Below, piece by piece: positions 36,113 through 49,860 of a stretch of DNA of 64,000 bases. The DNA lies in NCBI RefSeq assembly GCF_036321535.1, contig NC_087447.1:45944001-46008000 (forward strand). The letters are read 5' to 3'. The notes under the pieces were generated by a model. The model was not told the origin of the DNA, ran no database searches, and saw only the letters and a list, made by a program, of their open reading frames with translations. The stretch comes from Camelus dromedarius (lineage: Eukaryota). A program made the translations under genes and the position numbers. How positions within the stretch are numbered: the stretch's first letter is position 1; each line of letters begins with the position of its first letter.

Positions 36113-36990
36113 CTATTTGCTCTTTCTTCCATGGGTTGGTACCAGCAAGAATACATCAGCTATCAGAATCATGGCCAAAGGGGACTTATGCTTGGCAAAT
36201 CGATGAATAGTAGCCAAGGTGATGATGGACACATAGAAGATGAGCACCGCACAGATGTGGGAGACACTGGTGTTTAGGGCTTTAAGCCGTTTCCCATGGG
36301 ATGCAATCCCAACTGCAGTCTTGAAAATAAACACATAGGAGACCCTAGTAAACACGCTGCCTGACATCACAGAGTGCAACAAACAGACCATAGTAAAAGT
36401 TAACTTTGTTGTCAGAGCAGGCAAGTTTCATGACATCCTGGTGGAGGCAGTAGGATTGTGATAACAGGCATTTATTACAGTATCTGAGTCTCTTTAAAGT
36501 GAAAGAAAGGGGAAGAAATAGAAGAACACTTTTAATAGTAAATGCCAGCCCAATTTGCAAAACTCTGGAGCTGGTAAGGATGAAGCTGTATCTCAGGGGG
36601 TTGCAAATGGCTACAAAGCGATCAAAGGACATGATCAGGAGCACCGAGGACTCCATGTCTGTGAATCCATGGATGAGAAATTCCTGGGCGTTGCAGGCAT
36701 CAGCAGAAATTCCCATGGCGTTGAACCAGAAGATCCTTAGCATGGTGGGAAGAGAGGAGAAAGACAAGCCCAGGTCAGACAGGGTCAGCATGGAGAGAAA
36801 ATAGTACATGGGCTCATGCAGGGAAGGCTCCGTCCTGATGACAAAGGATGGTGGAGTTGCCCCAGATGGCCATGAGGTACATGAGGCAGATAGGGATGGA
36901 GACCCAAACGTGCATATGCTCAAGCCCTGGAATCCTGATCAACAAGAATGGAGAGATTGCAACTTCCGAGGTATTGAGAGGAAACATCAT
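36113..36990 (-). pseudogene. OR51A8P: OR51A-subfamily pseudogene, syntenic with OR51A8(P)
   Basis: OR protein split over three frames: MMFPLNTSEV...GNSTIL, then FVIRTEPSLHEPMYYFL...MSFDRFVAICNPLRY...YGLFVALC, then MSGSVF...KALNTSVSH...FLLVP. Frameshifts near 36843 and 36369; OR similarity ends near 36135, before NPIVY. Symbol rests on position and strand between OR51S1 and OR51F2. Confidence 0.88.
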
Positions 36991-37374
36991 AAATAGATCT
37001 CTTATTAAATGATGTACTGCTTGTGTGATTTTTAGAAGATTAAAAAGTGTTAAAAAGTAAAAAAAAAAAAAAGGTCTCTTATTTATCTGCTCCTGGTAGA
37101 TAAATAACATCAACAACAAACAGAAATTCTCTTAGTTATATGTACTGAGCACAACTAATTTCAATTGTCAGTTAAATTCAACATCGCTCACATTTAGGTG
37201 TCAAGAAATAATGTAATATAACTTTTTCTATATGAAGAAAAATATGGAGTAGATTTAAACAGTTTCTTCATGATATTTATTTAAGACCTTTACAATCTTC
37301 AAGTCTGTCTTTATTCCCTGACATACCTCTAAACAACTCTACAGAAGTAATGAGGTGCTTTATTAACCTTTTTT

Positions 37375-37676
37375 CCCTCTGTTTTTAATTTTATTTTTTA
37401 ATGAATCATAGTTGATTTAGAATATTAGTTTCAGATGTACAGCAAAATAATTCAGTTATATGTATACATACATATATACACATATTTTCAGACTCTTTTC
37501 CTTTATAGCTTATTACAAGAAATTGAGTGTAGTTCCCTGTGCTATACAGAAGGTCCTTGTTATTTATCTATTTTATATGTAGTAGTGTGTATCTGTTAAT
37601 CCCAAACTCCTAATTTATCCTTTCCCCTTTTCCCCCTTGGTAACCATAGTTTGTTTTCTATGTCTGTGAGTCTTTC
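37375..37676 (-). mobile_element. Short artiodactyl-type L1 3' end
   Basis: L1 3' UTR signature gtagttccctgtgctatacag...ctgttaatcccaaactcctaatttatcc; 14-bp TSD tattaacctttttt at 37361-37374 and 37677-37690. Confidence 0.85.
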
Positions 37677-40379
37677 TATTAACCTTTTTTTAAATCACCA
37701 CTTTTTGAAGTTTATGCATCACGTAAAGTAAGTTGGAATATATTGTAATCTGGAAAAGCTCTTAACATCATGAAAGTGGTCAATGGTCGTGTACTCATAC
37801 AAACCACAGATGCTGTAGTAGCAGGAGTTAAAGGAAGCCTAAATCTTGTGTTATTGTTCATGGAACATGTGTGTGAAAATATAAAATTGATCTGCCACAG
37901 TGCTGAGTTTCCCTTTTGTCTCAGCCTTTCAAATGTGGTTAATGTTCCTTTAACGTGTAGCACATACCACAGTTGTCACTTGTAGATGCCTAAAGCACTC
38001 ACATCCTTTCCATGCAATTGCTACTGGTGCTGCTCAGAATAGCTACAGTGTTTGCTCTTCTCTCCTTGTTATTGAATTTCTTTCCCATTGCTCTTGGCTT
38101 CTCTGTGTCTACCGTTAGGTTGGTGACCCATTCAGTTCTTATCTCTGGTATTCAGACGTGATCCCACTCATAACCCTGGTGTCAGCATCACTGACACCTT
38201 GGGTAACTCTGCTTTTAACAGCTTTAGACCAGAAAAGCCCCAGTGGTGCAGCTGACAATCTGCCCATGTCCTTGTCAGAGGAGTGGGATTCAGATACAGA
38301 GAAAAGGGATAGAACATTGTCCATTCTTACTCGATGAGTCCCTTCAAAACAGGTCATTTCCAAAGTTCCATGTCTGTGGCTTTTCTTGACAAGCTCCCAA
38401 CCTAACTCGGCTAACTAAATAAATGACTTACTGTTAATAACATTTTTTCCCACTATGCTCATCATGCAAATACAAAGATGTATCCCCATCCCACATACAA
38501 ACCCTAATCTTACCAGTAGTCAATGCTGTCCCAAATGTAGCTTGATCTCTTAGACTGGAGAACCCGTGAAACATCTTCACCTCCAGCCCTCTGAAAGGTA
38601 TAGGGTTGATGTCTATAAATTGCAGACTTTTTTCTATGGAAACATAAGATCATCTTAAGGAAGGTCAATTTCAGTCTCTAGGACACCTACCAGGCTCCTG
38701 GTTGTCATATCCCAGAGCAGCAGTGGAGAGGTTTCAAATGACTCGGGTTCTGCAGTTTCTTCACTTCAGCACCCTGTTGGGAATCTGCACCCTTATTTAT
38801 ACTCTTATACTCTTCTCTAGCACAGGCACACCCTCCTGAGAATGAACAGACACCTGTGTCCCTGGGAATAACGACTCCACTTGCTTCATCACTGTCTGTC
38901 AGTAAGGTGCTCTCCTAAGAAAATGCAGAGTGCAGGCTCTGCCTCACAGTCATAGGTTTAACTCTTGTGACTGTCTTCCCACATGAAGTGTGGGCTATGG
39001 GGACAGCCAGTCTCAGATATTGGTAAGGCAACCCATGGCTCCAAAATTAAGTGTATGCTTTAGCAGACTTGGTGTGAGACTATCACAGACCGTATATGGA
39101 ATTCTGCTCTCAGAGGTGTTTTATTTGGTCATCACAATGTCCAATTTTATTTTTATTGTGAATGCATTTAAGTTGTTCACAAGCTCTCAAATTTATCATA
39201 AAATCCTCTTTTTTTCATTGTCTTATATTCAGTCCTTCACCTTTATTGACAACCAAAAGCATTTGACTTTATAGAACAGAAAGCCGAGGGTTGCAAGCAG
39301 TCTGGTATCTTGGACCCTCAGGTATAGAAGAGGAAATCAGTTTTTATCCAGTTCTCAACTTTGCAAACTGGAAGTAAACAAAAGGTGTAATTCTGGTAAT
39401 ATGGTTATAGGAGGACATACGATTTTCAGGCAGAGAGTAGAAAATAAGATCTAGCAAAACATCTTACTCCTGAAATGGTATAACAGATATAAATGAATCA
39501 ACTTTGATAAGCCAACAATGTATTCAAGTTAGTAGAATAGGGGGTATGCTGGAGGTGAGGGCTGCAGTCATCAAATTAGGTCAGGCAGAAACTTAAAGAA
39601 AAGAGACCCGTAAATTATTAATTTTGGTTTTCCACTTCTCCCCCCCAAAATGTATATTCCGTTAAATACATTGGATAAAATAATACAAATGTCTAACCTT
39701 GATGTACTTATCAGTTCAGGATCATAATGGAATTATATGGCTCAAGTTCATCTATGTTACTTCCTCCCAGCACTTTTTGACAGATGTCTGCATTATTCTG
39801 AGTTCAAAATTCATTGGTCTCCAGGTCACAAAATGGGACCAGGAGGAAAAGCAGCTGGTACTAGAAAAAAACTGCTTCTTTGTTTGTTTGTTTTTTCAGG
39901 GAAAATAGCTATGAGAACTCTGGCCCTAGAGGGGCTTAATTTAAGTAAAGGGTCCATTTATCTAAGTAAATGTAGGTAAATTCAGGTAAAAAATGAAATA
40001 AAATGTATTATCTTCCTCCTATATTATCCTTCCAATTCACATTGCTGCCCCAGTCCCTCCTGTTTCATTTCTTCTTTCCCTGATTCCTCTTTTCCACTTA
40101 TTGTTAATATTATTATTTTAGTGTAAAAGGCTATGAATTTAACAATGACAAATAGTTCTCATAAAAGAAATTGCTCTCAGCAATCTTTCTGAGCCCACTT
40201 CTGTAAACTTTATGTACTCATAACCCCAATGGCATTTGAGTGAATAAGCCCCCAAATCTTGAAACCTTTCAATGTCTCTTGCCATCCAAAAAAACTCTCA
40301 TCATTTTACAAAGGATATTTATTTTGTCTTGTCTGAATACCTTACAAAACCAAGCCTGAATACAGTGCCTTTCAAGATA

Positions 40380-42410
40380 GTATTTTTCCTATGCAAGATC
40401 ACTTCTCATTGTACCCAAGCCACTAAGCAGTCAGATCTCAGCAAAGCATGAGCAGGGAAATGTTATTACAGTTTGGAAGAAAATGGCTTAACCACTAAAG
40501 GCGTTACAGAATCTTACCTAATTGAATTAATGAACATTTGTAGAAGCATATTTTAAAGGTGTTAGATCTGAGACAGTAGAGGAAATGGCTGGTGGCATGA
40601 ATATAAATTGACATGGAGAGGAATTTATTGACATGAGGACACTCATCCATGATTGGAGTTCACTATTATATCAAGGAAACCTGCCTGCTGTGATAATGCA
40701 CTCTTGAGATGGTTGCTTGAAGCTTTAACATGATGATTGCCTATAGAAAATTAGATAGAGATGCCATATCTGGTTGGCATCATACAGAAATCTCAAGGAG
40801 GTAGACATGTTAGAATGGATGTATCATGGAGGGCCAGATAATTTATCACATGATTATTTTCTCTGGAAGGAAAGAGAGGGCATTCCTTCACTTAAGCAAC
40901 AAAGAATGCATTTGTAAGAGAGTGTCTGACATCTTTGAATAATTCAGTAGTTGCTGTTCTCTGTAGACTGGGCTTGGCAGTGAAAGCTGCTTCTATGGAA
41001 AAACTCCCTAGTAACAATGAGAATAGACGGATTTTCAGACCACATGGTAGTACTTAACAATCAGAAGTAAGGTAAGTAATTACTGTTGAGAGTAGCAAGG
41101 CTAGAATGACAATCACAGTGTCAGTGCCCATAGTGATCTGTTCCATTAGATGATAGCATTCCTGCAGATAAGCTCAGTGGACAGTGACTAGGGTGTTACT
41201 TGAAATACATTTAAAATAGAGAACTTCTGAGCGTCAGACTGACATCATCCACTCTAACTGAACAATGTGGTTCCTTAGCCTATTTAAAGATTTAAGTCAC
41301 TTGACATACCCAGTGTCCATCAATTACACATGAGCCTTAGTTCCCTTGATGAAATAACCTGCAGTGCCACTGTAAATATGAAACAAAAAATATCCATGGA
41401 AATATGTCCATTTCCAAATGTGCTGGCTCACTGGGCAAAGGAGAATACTCAGAGTCTTTGAGGACTGCTGGATATAGGATATGATCTCTCACTGATAATA
41501 GGCACCCAGACATACCATCCTGCTCTTTTTTGGTTAAAGCATGAGTTTATTGAAGCAAGATTAATGGAATTCTGGAAGAAGTTTATCTCATAGTAAACCC
41601 AATGATTCTTAGCTCTGCCTGTGCTTATTCCATAGATGCCTAAGTATGTAACTGGCAATATTACATTTAGTAGCTAGGGAAAATCTCATGTTACCACATC
41701 TGTGAAATTTAAACTGTTATGATAGGAAGGGCAAAGTACAAGATCACAAAAGCACAAATAAATAATGTGAATAGTTATTCCAGAATCCCATGGAACCTAT
41801 CACTTTTATATGGATGCTTCTCCATTATTTCACATCCATAGCCTTACTGGAGGTTCCCAATAAGTTGTTAGAAGAGAAGATAAATATTCAGGCTTGGTTT
41901 CTGGCTGGATTGGTGGGCAAGTTGGTGTTAACCAAAAATAGAATATGACGTCACAACAGCCCCACACATTGTGGCCAATTCAAAGAACAGTGAAGGAAAA
42001 TCCTCATAATGTACAGTACTCTTGGTTGTCAACTTTTTGTGAAAAGAGAGGCTGTCTGATGTATGTGGATATGCACGGGCTTCTGTACTTTAGTGAAAGG
42101 TTTGGATAGTTGATCAGGTATGGAACTAGCAAATTTGAAAGAGAGACAAGGAAGTCTGTAGAAGATGTACATGAAGTACATATTGAAGTGGTCATAAAGG
42201 GTGAAAATCTTTTTATCTCATACTACTACCCACCAAACAGTACTCACCCCAGTGGAGGAACTCAACAACCAAGTGGAAAGAACCAACATGTAAATATCAC
42301 CCAGCCTTAGCTATACCACTGCTGGTCGCCTGGGGCACAGGTGAAGTCATCATGGCAGAGAGAGAGAGAGAAGGCATGAGCAACTCCCTTTTGCCAAGGC
42401 TAATCTGGGG
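40380..42410 (+). mobile_element. Decayed ERVL/MaLR internal sequence
   Basis: Segment gtgaaaatctttttatctcat...caccaaacag...gaggaactcaacaaccaagtgg resembles the RNase H-region VKIFVSH...EEALNNQV of ERVL/MaLR; many stops. Confidence 0.6.
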
Positions 42411-43049
42411 AAAATGTTGAGAAAACAGTGTGATCCTCACTCCTGGGATGTTAGTAACGGCATTACAAGCTTAACGTTCAGCTAAGTGCCAGATCCAGAA
42501 CACTTTATATGGCCCTTTCTATTTACATTGGATATGACCCTACACATAATAAAGGGCAGAAATAACTTGGCCTACGTAAGATCCAATGTTAAATTACATT
42601 CATGTGTATTTTAGGATTCACTCTATAGTATGTATATTTCAGAAGCATGCAGAGAATTGAGAGTTTTAAGAAAAAAATCCAATTAATTAAAGTGCTTTTT
42701 GTACATCATTCAGAAAATAACAGCTGTCTTGTTAACAGAGTTTCCTACGTTAAATCTGGATTGTTATAATTGTGTACAGAGTCCGAATGAATATTTTATT
42801 CAGGTCTCGTACTACCTGCAAATATAAATAGTTTTTAACTTATATTATTTCACTTTATCTTGAAAACAAAATTATAGTTTAGGTGGTATTAATATGGGCT
42901 TAACTGAAAGGGGACCTAAGCAAATATCATACAACCTATAAGTTGCAGAATCTGGACTGTTGGAGGCATATCTAGGCACTTTGGGGACAATTACCCTATT
43001 CTACCAAAGCACTCACTCATAAATGGACTTACTCTGAGATAACTAAAGA

Positions 43050-44000
43050 TTAGATTTGGAACCTCTTCTGAATTAAGGCCTTGATAATAGCCTTTTGAAT
43101 CTGCTTAGTTTTCACACTGTAGATGATAGGGTTGAGCACAGGAGGAATGAGCAAGAAGATATTGGCCATGATGGTATGGACAAATGGAGGTGCTGAATGG
43201 CCATAGCGATGGACAAGAGACAGGCTGATGAGAGGGATGTAGAAGATAGCAACAGCACTGATGTGGGATATGCAGGTGTTGAAGGCTTTCTGCCGCCCCT
43301 CTAAGGAAGCAATGCTGAGGACAGACCGGATGATCAGGACATAGGAGAGCAAGATGCAAGGACAGTCAAACCCTGTTGTGGAGAAGAGTGCAAACAGACC
43401 AAGGATGCTGTTGATTCTGTTGTCTGTGCATGAGAGTTGAATGAGATCAACATGGTAGCAGTAAGAATGTGAAAGGACCATAGAACTGCAGAAGGATAGC
43501 CGCTTGACCCAGAGCACAACTGGCAACATGACAGCAACATTCCTTATTGCCATGCTCACCCCAATCTGGGCAATCCTGGCATTGGTGAGGATGGTCGTGT
43601 ATCTCAGTGGGTCACAGATGGCCACAAAACGATCAAAGGCCATGGCCAGAAGAACCCCTGACTCCATGAAAGTAAATCCATGGAGAAAGAACATCTGAGC
43701 GATGCAGGCGTTTAAGTTGATCTCTCGGGCTTCGAACCAGAAGACACCAAGGGTAGTGCAAAGTGTGCACAGGGACAAGCTCAGGTCTGTGGCTGAAAGC
43801 ATAGAGAGGAAGTAATATATGGGCTCATGGAGGCTCTGTTCATGGAGGACCACCAACAGGATCATGCTGTTCCCAGCCAGGGCAATGGCATACAGGAGAC
43901 AAAAAGGAATGGAGATCCAGACCTGGACTGCTCTCAGGCCTGGAATACCCGTCAAGAGGAAGGCCAGAGGCTGAGCACTGGTATTGTTGAGGACCAGCAT
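43050..44000 (-). CDS. OR51F2: Olfactory receptor 51F2 orthologue, intact, 316 aa from MLVLNNTS
   Basis: VFWFEAREINLNACIAQMFFLHGFTFMESGVLLAMAFDRFVAIC, HSYCYHVDLIQLSCTDNRINSILG and TTGFDCPCILLSY match recalled OR51F2. First ATG is at 44000; the ORF-track start at 44048 is GTG. Confidence 0.94.
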   Translation of the reverse strand: MLVLNNTSAQPLAFLLTGIPGLRAVQVWISIPFCLLYAIALAGNSMILLVVLHEQSLHEPIYYFLSMLSATDLSLSLCTLCTTLGVFWFEAREINLNACIAQMFFLHGFTFMESGVLLAMAFDRFVAICDPLRYTTILTNARIAQIGVSMAIRNVAVMLPVVLWVKRLSFCSSMVLSHSYCYHVDLIQLSCTDNRINSILGLFALFSTTGFDCPCILLSYVLIIRSVLSIASLEGRQKAFNTCISHISAVAIFYIPLISLSLVHRYGHSAPPFVHTIMANIFLLIPPVLNPIIYSVKTKQIQKAIIKALIQKRFQI

Positions 44001-46739
44001 AGTGAGGTACTGGGAAGACAGAGATATTTGAATAATTAAACTTAACACATGATGAAAATGCAGCTTGTCACTTAGACCATCTTTCTGGCACTCTGGGATT
44101 CACTAAATTACTATTGCTGATTCTCCAAGAACTTTCCTATTCTCTGAATTGTCTAGAACTGCAAGCCTCTTTTTCTGTCTCAGTATTTCTCATTTGTTGA
44201 GAAGGGAGGAGTCCCTGAATTGTTTCACATCAAATTTTCTTACATCTCTAGTTGTCTTTTTTGGCAACAAATACCACAATTTTAAATTATCCATTGGATT
44301 TAATTGACTTCAGAAGTCCCCAGTAGAATACCTAAACAATATGCTGATAAATCTGGTTTCCAGTATTTTTTTTGAAAATAATTTATTGATCCTGGAATAA
44401 AGCACTGAAAAAGCAGCTCACAATTGAAATGTGAATATTATGAGGCTTTCCTGGGATATATCCAGAAGGATGTCAGGACATCCTCAAGATACACATGTCT
44501 ATGTAATGACAGGGTGGTCCAAAGAATCACCCTAAGAAAAATAAGTATAGCTCTGATTTGTCAGGAGTTCCCTGTATTATTGACAAATATTTGTATGCAT
44601 TACATAATTTTATCCATATTCTAACTCCTAGAGTATATATGTTTTGCATATGACAAAACCAAGACTCAACAGTTAAATAATCCCCCAAGTTTTTATAAAG
44701 ATAGCAGATATTGAGAGAAACCACATATATAACAAAGGTGAAGGAAAAGAAAGAAAGAGAGAGAGAAAGTAAGAAAGAAAGAGAGAGAAAGAAAGAAAAA
44801 GGCAAACCTTGTCATTATTTTATCACATTTCAGTAAGCACTTCACTTTAATGAATAGCATCGGTTTACTGCGAAACACAAAGAACTCTAATAGCTAGCAT
44901 TTCTTGAACACATATTATGTGCCAGATCCAATTATCTTCATATCCATAATCTGATCCAATAATCATAACTATCCAATTAAGTACTGCAAATATCATCCCA
45001 AATATACATACGGGGAAGCTGATGTTTAAAGTGATTAAGTAATTTGCCCCAAATTGTGTAGCTATGCAGTTGAAGAGCTGAAGTTGGAATCTGCAGCTAT
45101 GACCCCAGTGCCTTCATTCAGTGAGGCTGAGACATGCATAGGAGGAATCTCTACAGTCTGAGGAAGGTCCCTGGCGGTTTTCAGGTGTTTGCTTTCCGAG
45201 ATACATTGTGGTCAATGTGGCATTTCTGGAGTAGAGTCCTAAGTTTTAGATGTTATTTCTGTGTGACTTGTACAGATATGAAGCTGTTTAGGTTTCTCAG
45301 GAAAGGAATCTCATCGTGAATAATCTGTTTACAAGGGGCCCAGAGAACTAGATGTTGAGGATACAGCCACTATGGAAAATGACACCAAAGCAGAACTGTC
45401 AAATGCAGTTGACTCATTTTAGTGACCATCTCATTTATCCACCACTTACATATTGTGCTGATGATACTTTCCTTCTGGAAATTTTCTCTCCGTGTGTGTT
45501 ATTACATGGCATAAGTTTCTATCATTTTTTCCCCCTTCCCCCGGCAAAAGAACCTTAAATATGGTATCCTTCAGGTATCTGCACTTTGCCCACTCTCAAG
45601 CCATTTAAAAAAATATCTCACCCATTTTTACAGCTTCATTTTTCACCAATTTAATGATAAATTTCTAATAAATATCTGAAAACCAGCTCCAGTGTCCAGG
45701 TACCTGAAGATGGAACTTTCTTCTGAACACAGCTGTATGGATTTCTCATGATTAAATCAAATTCAATATATTGAAAACCAAATAGATCATTTTCCCCAAT
45801 AATTGTTCTTTTTCCTAAATATTCTATATAAAGTTTATAATTTTTCACAAAAATTAGCCAGTTATCTAACTAAAAGCTCTGAAAGTTATCCTGTTCTTTT
45901 TTCTAATCGTCACCACTCCCAATAAATTACCAAGTCTTTTCTATTCAACCTGTAATATCTCTCCTTCTTCTTCCTGCTCTATTTAAACACAAAATAATCC
46001 ATTTTTGATCTTCATACTATATAATTTGAACAATTAAGTTAACCTACAAATAGTAATAATTTGTTATAAATATAAAATAACAAGGGCTGCAAAACAGTAG
46101 CAGTAGCATTCATTTATTAAGGATCTTCTCTGTGCTAGGAAAATGTAAGTGAGAAAAACAGTCTTTCAAACTTAGTAAAAGTTTGAGAAACAGATACCAG
46201 ATCCTGTGAGGCAAGGCACTGGAGTACAATGTATAGGCTGAAGAATATACATTTATTAGAAAACAAAGATATAAAATATTATTTTTTATGTTTTCAACTT
46301 AAGATGCTAGAAAAATATTTAAATAAATGTCAAAATAAGCAATTAATAAAAAAGAAGCAATTAATAAAGATAAAAAAGCACAAATGAATGAGTTAACAAT
46401 AAAACCAAAGGTGATTATTTAAAAATAAAGTATGTGAGCTTTTTTCAAGAGAGGTCAAGAAATTTTAGAAAAAGCATGATTAACTGGACAAGAAGTGAAA
46501 AAGAAAACAAAAGTATAGCAAAATAAAACTTTGTATCAGAGCAGTATGCATAGTATAATTCTGTATTTGTCAGTAGATATAAAATAGATAATTTATAGGA
46601 AAACATTAATCACCAAACTAGCCCAGGAAAGCAAATTCAGAGTAGAAGAAATGGTAATGACAGGAAAAACTCCCACAAAACCAAACTTAAAGAAAAAAGT
46701 AGAGTATTTCTATTCTATACAAATTCTAGTAGAGCAGAA

Positions 46740-46921
46740 TAGAGGAGATTTTGAGCTGCAGGGTCATTTGGCAATGCCTGGAGACAGTTTTTGTCACAAC
46801 TGGGGAAGGAATGCTACTGGCATCTAGTGGTAGAGGCCAGGGAGGCTTACATCGAAAAATACACAAGACAGCAAAGATTATCCAGCCTCAAATGTCAATA
46901 GAGCAGAGGTTGAGAAACCCT
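46740..46921 (+). mobile_element. MER20 (hAT-Charlie) DNA transposon
   Basis: catttggcaatgcctggagaca...gctactggcatctagtggtagaggccaggga...aaatgtcaatag...gaggttgagaaaccct. Confidence 0.85.
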
Positions 46922-47449
46922 ATTCTAGAGCATATGAAAAGATGTAAAGTACATTTTAAATTTATGCAGTGATGTATGTTAATTGTATTTCAATAAAACT
47001 GGAAAAAAATTCAAAGAGTACCTATGTCTCACAAACAAATCAGCATATGTTTTGCAACCAGGAGAAAAAAAAAAGATGGAAAGTTATTCATCTAATTACT
47101 TAGGATGACATATACAAACATTATATATAATTTTTTTGCCAGCTAGATGCAACTGTGCTTTTAAAGAATATTGCACTTTGACACAGGAGACTTTGTCTTA
47201 TGAATGAAGAAATTAGTCATCTTAAGAAATCTATCCATGATATGACTACACCAGCAGAGTAAAGGGGGCAAAACGTGATTTTCTCAAGAGATGAGGAAAA
47301 AATCAGAAAATGCAATGGTAATTCATGATAATTTTTTTAATGTTTAGGAAGAAAATAAGTTTCCAAATGAAAGGTATCTTTCAGAAATTTGGAGCAAACA
47401 TTTACTGTTGACATATGAAAAGCAATTTTTATTAAAATAAGTGAAAAGA

Positions 47450-47929
47450 TAAAGGAAAATTTCCCCCTGTCATTACTGAGTTCTTTCGACTAGTCTAATA
47501 ATTGAATTGAAACCAGACAGATTAACAAGTGAAAAAAGAATTTAATTTGTATGTATGGAAGTCTCATAGAAATGGAACCTAAGAAGTGGCCAAAGCAGGC
47601 AGCTTCATACTCTTTAGACAAAGACAACAGATTTGTGAGAAATTGCCAAGATAAAGAACCTTGGGCTTCGGTGCTTAATTAGTGAAGAATCTAAACAGAG
47701 TTTGGTTTTGGAGTAGCAAATTCATAAGGAAGTAATAAGGTTTGTCTGTGTAGCCTTCTCTAGTGATAAGGATGTTTCTCTACATGACAGATTTGTTTCC
47801 TGCTTTTAGAAAGAAAGAAGAGGATTAACGTGTCCTTCTTGTATTGGCTGTTTCTTAAGTAACTTTAATTCAAAATTCAATAAGCCATATTCTATCATAT
47901 TTTGGGGTGGTCTGCCCTGAGCCCCAGCA
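47450..47929. mobile_element. Related ERV1-type solo LTR nested in an old L1
   Basis: Shares gtctaataatt, attaaca, aagaagtg(a/g)cca.agcaggca and ttcttaagtaactttt?attcaaaat with the 15408-15906 element, in the same orientation. Confidence 0.7.
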
Positions 47930-49860
47930 ATATCTACTAACACAACTACTATTCAGCATTTTATGAAACAGTCTTAGTAAATGAAAAAGACAAATAAATA
48001 AAAGGAGATAGAGTTACCTTTGAAAAGAAACAAAAATGTATTTAGGTTTTAGTTGATTTTTTACTTGAAAAATCCAAAAGAATAGACTGCACATTCTTGA
48101 AGTAGAGTCTACCAAAGTGATTGCATAGAAGATCAGTGTCACAAATTAATAGCTTTTTCTGTTCACAAAAATTAAACAACACTGATGAAATTTTATGAAA
48201 ATAAGGATTTATTTACAATAGCCAGAAAACTGTAGAATACATTGGTATAACAAAAGTTTGTGTTTGGCAGAGATAGGGGAGGTCTGTTCAAATTTACTAA
48301 AGAATATAAAGTCCTTTATTCCTTTCCTGAAAATAATAATGAATACTCAATAGTGAAAAAATGTGAATTCTCCCATTAACCCTGTCATAATTTCAAATCA
48401 TTATCAATCAATAACATACAATCATTTTCAGTGAATAGTGACAGATGGATTCTAAAATGTATTAGGTTCTAAATGTGAAAATATATTCAGTATAATAGAA
48501 AACAAAGAAGAGAAGTGATATCCTTTAATATATCAAAATGTAATATAAAGTTATTATAATGAACAAAATGTAATAATCAAAGTTTTAAAAATATATATCC
48601 CCAGAAAAGAGTAGTATTTCTAAAAATGTAAATAAAGGTTAAGAATAAAATGACAATGACATCTTATATCAATAGAAAAAAACCTGATATGTGATAAATA
48701 GTGCTCGATCAATTGGCTAACAATTTATAAGAATATAAAAAAACACTATTTCACATGTCTCTGCATTTGGATTAAGAATTTCAAGGCCAAAAAAAGGCTA
48801 TAATAATTAATAATAGAATAAAGAAGGGAATTGCTTTTATGGTATTTTTTTTAGGGAGTGCCTTCTTTAAGAAGATGAAATCAAAGTGACTAAGTAAAAC
48901 ATTGAAACAGAACACTAAGTCAACTTAAATACAACTGATTACAAAGATATGTGTAAACAAAATAATAAGAAATATAAGATGCCACATATGCATTAGAAGG
49001 TAGAAGGCAAGATCAAAGAACACTCCTGCATCTGCTTCAGTCTAGATTGTGTATCTGTCGTTTAATTGGTGACAGCCTATGGTTGGATAGATGGTGAGAG
49101 AGCTGGGAAGAGGAACAATAAAGTAAATAAATTTGTACACCCAGAGGTTTTGGTCATGAAGGGAATGGGGGACATTGGGATGTATTATTCTGACCCAGCA
49201 TATTAATAAAGATAAAGGCAGAAGTCCTTGTTTCTAAACTGACATTGATGAGAGGTAGGACCTTAGTAAACTATTCCCATCTAAGATTGCTCATCTGTAA
49301 CCCTGGACTTATACAAGTATCCCTGGTCTGTGTATATCCAGTTGTTTCTGTGATAGTTAATTGCCAAGATGTGTTTGAAGTACTTCTTTCTAAACGTAAA
49401 AAGTTTCTATTAAGAGTGCTATTTGAAAGCTTAGATATGAGGATCTAGTACAAAGATGGAGCTGATGCCAAGTGAAAGAACTCAGAAAATAGAAAATAAG
49501 AAAATACAGAAATCAGTTAAAATTAAAAGCTGAGTGAAACAACAATAAAATATACAACAAATATCAAATTTGGGCCACACAGAATCACAGCAATCCACTC
49601 CCTTTCCTTGACATAACTGACTTTGATGCTTTCTCCTGTAGAGAAATATTAGTTTGTAAACGCCTTGCTGATGTCTCATTTCATTCGCACAACTTCAACT
49701 TGAGCCTGTCACTCTGAACCCCTCTTCCTGATATCTACTCCTCTATCTCTGATTTACAGTCCTTTGCCTCCCCTCTTCCTGTCCCCCCTCTGCTCTATCC
49801 CTTGCCCTCCAGGTTAGCTCTCATCAGTCCTTCTCCTTGGTCTCCTTTCTGGTTCTAGCA

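Larger units (their letters stand above)
46200..49000 (+). mobile_element. Highly degenerate old L1M ORF2 region carrying nested MER20 and LTR
   Basis: A-rich strand with L1 remnants, e.g. caacttaagatgctagaaaaa, cacaactactattcagcatt and acttgaaaaatccaaaagaatagac. Confidence 0.65.

Noticed and set aside
44001..44048. N-terminal extension of OR51F2 in the ORF track
   Set aside because: Begins at GTG; the first ATG is at 44000.
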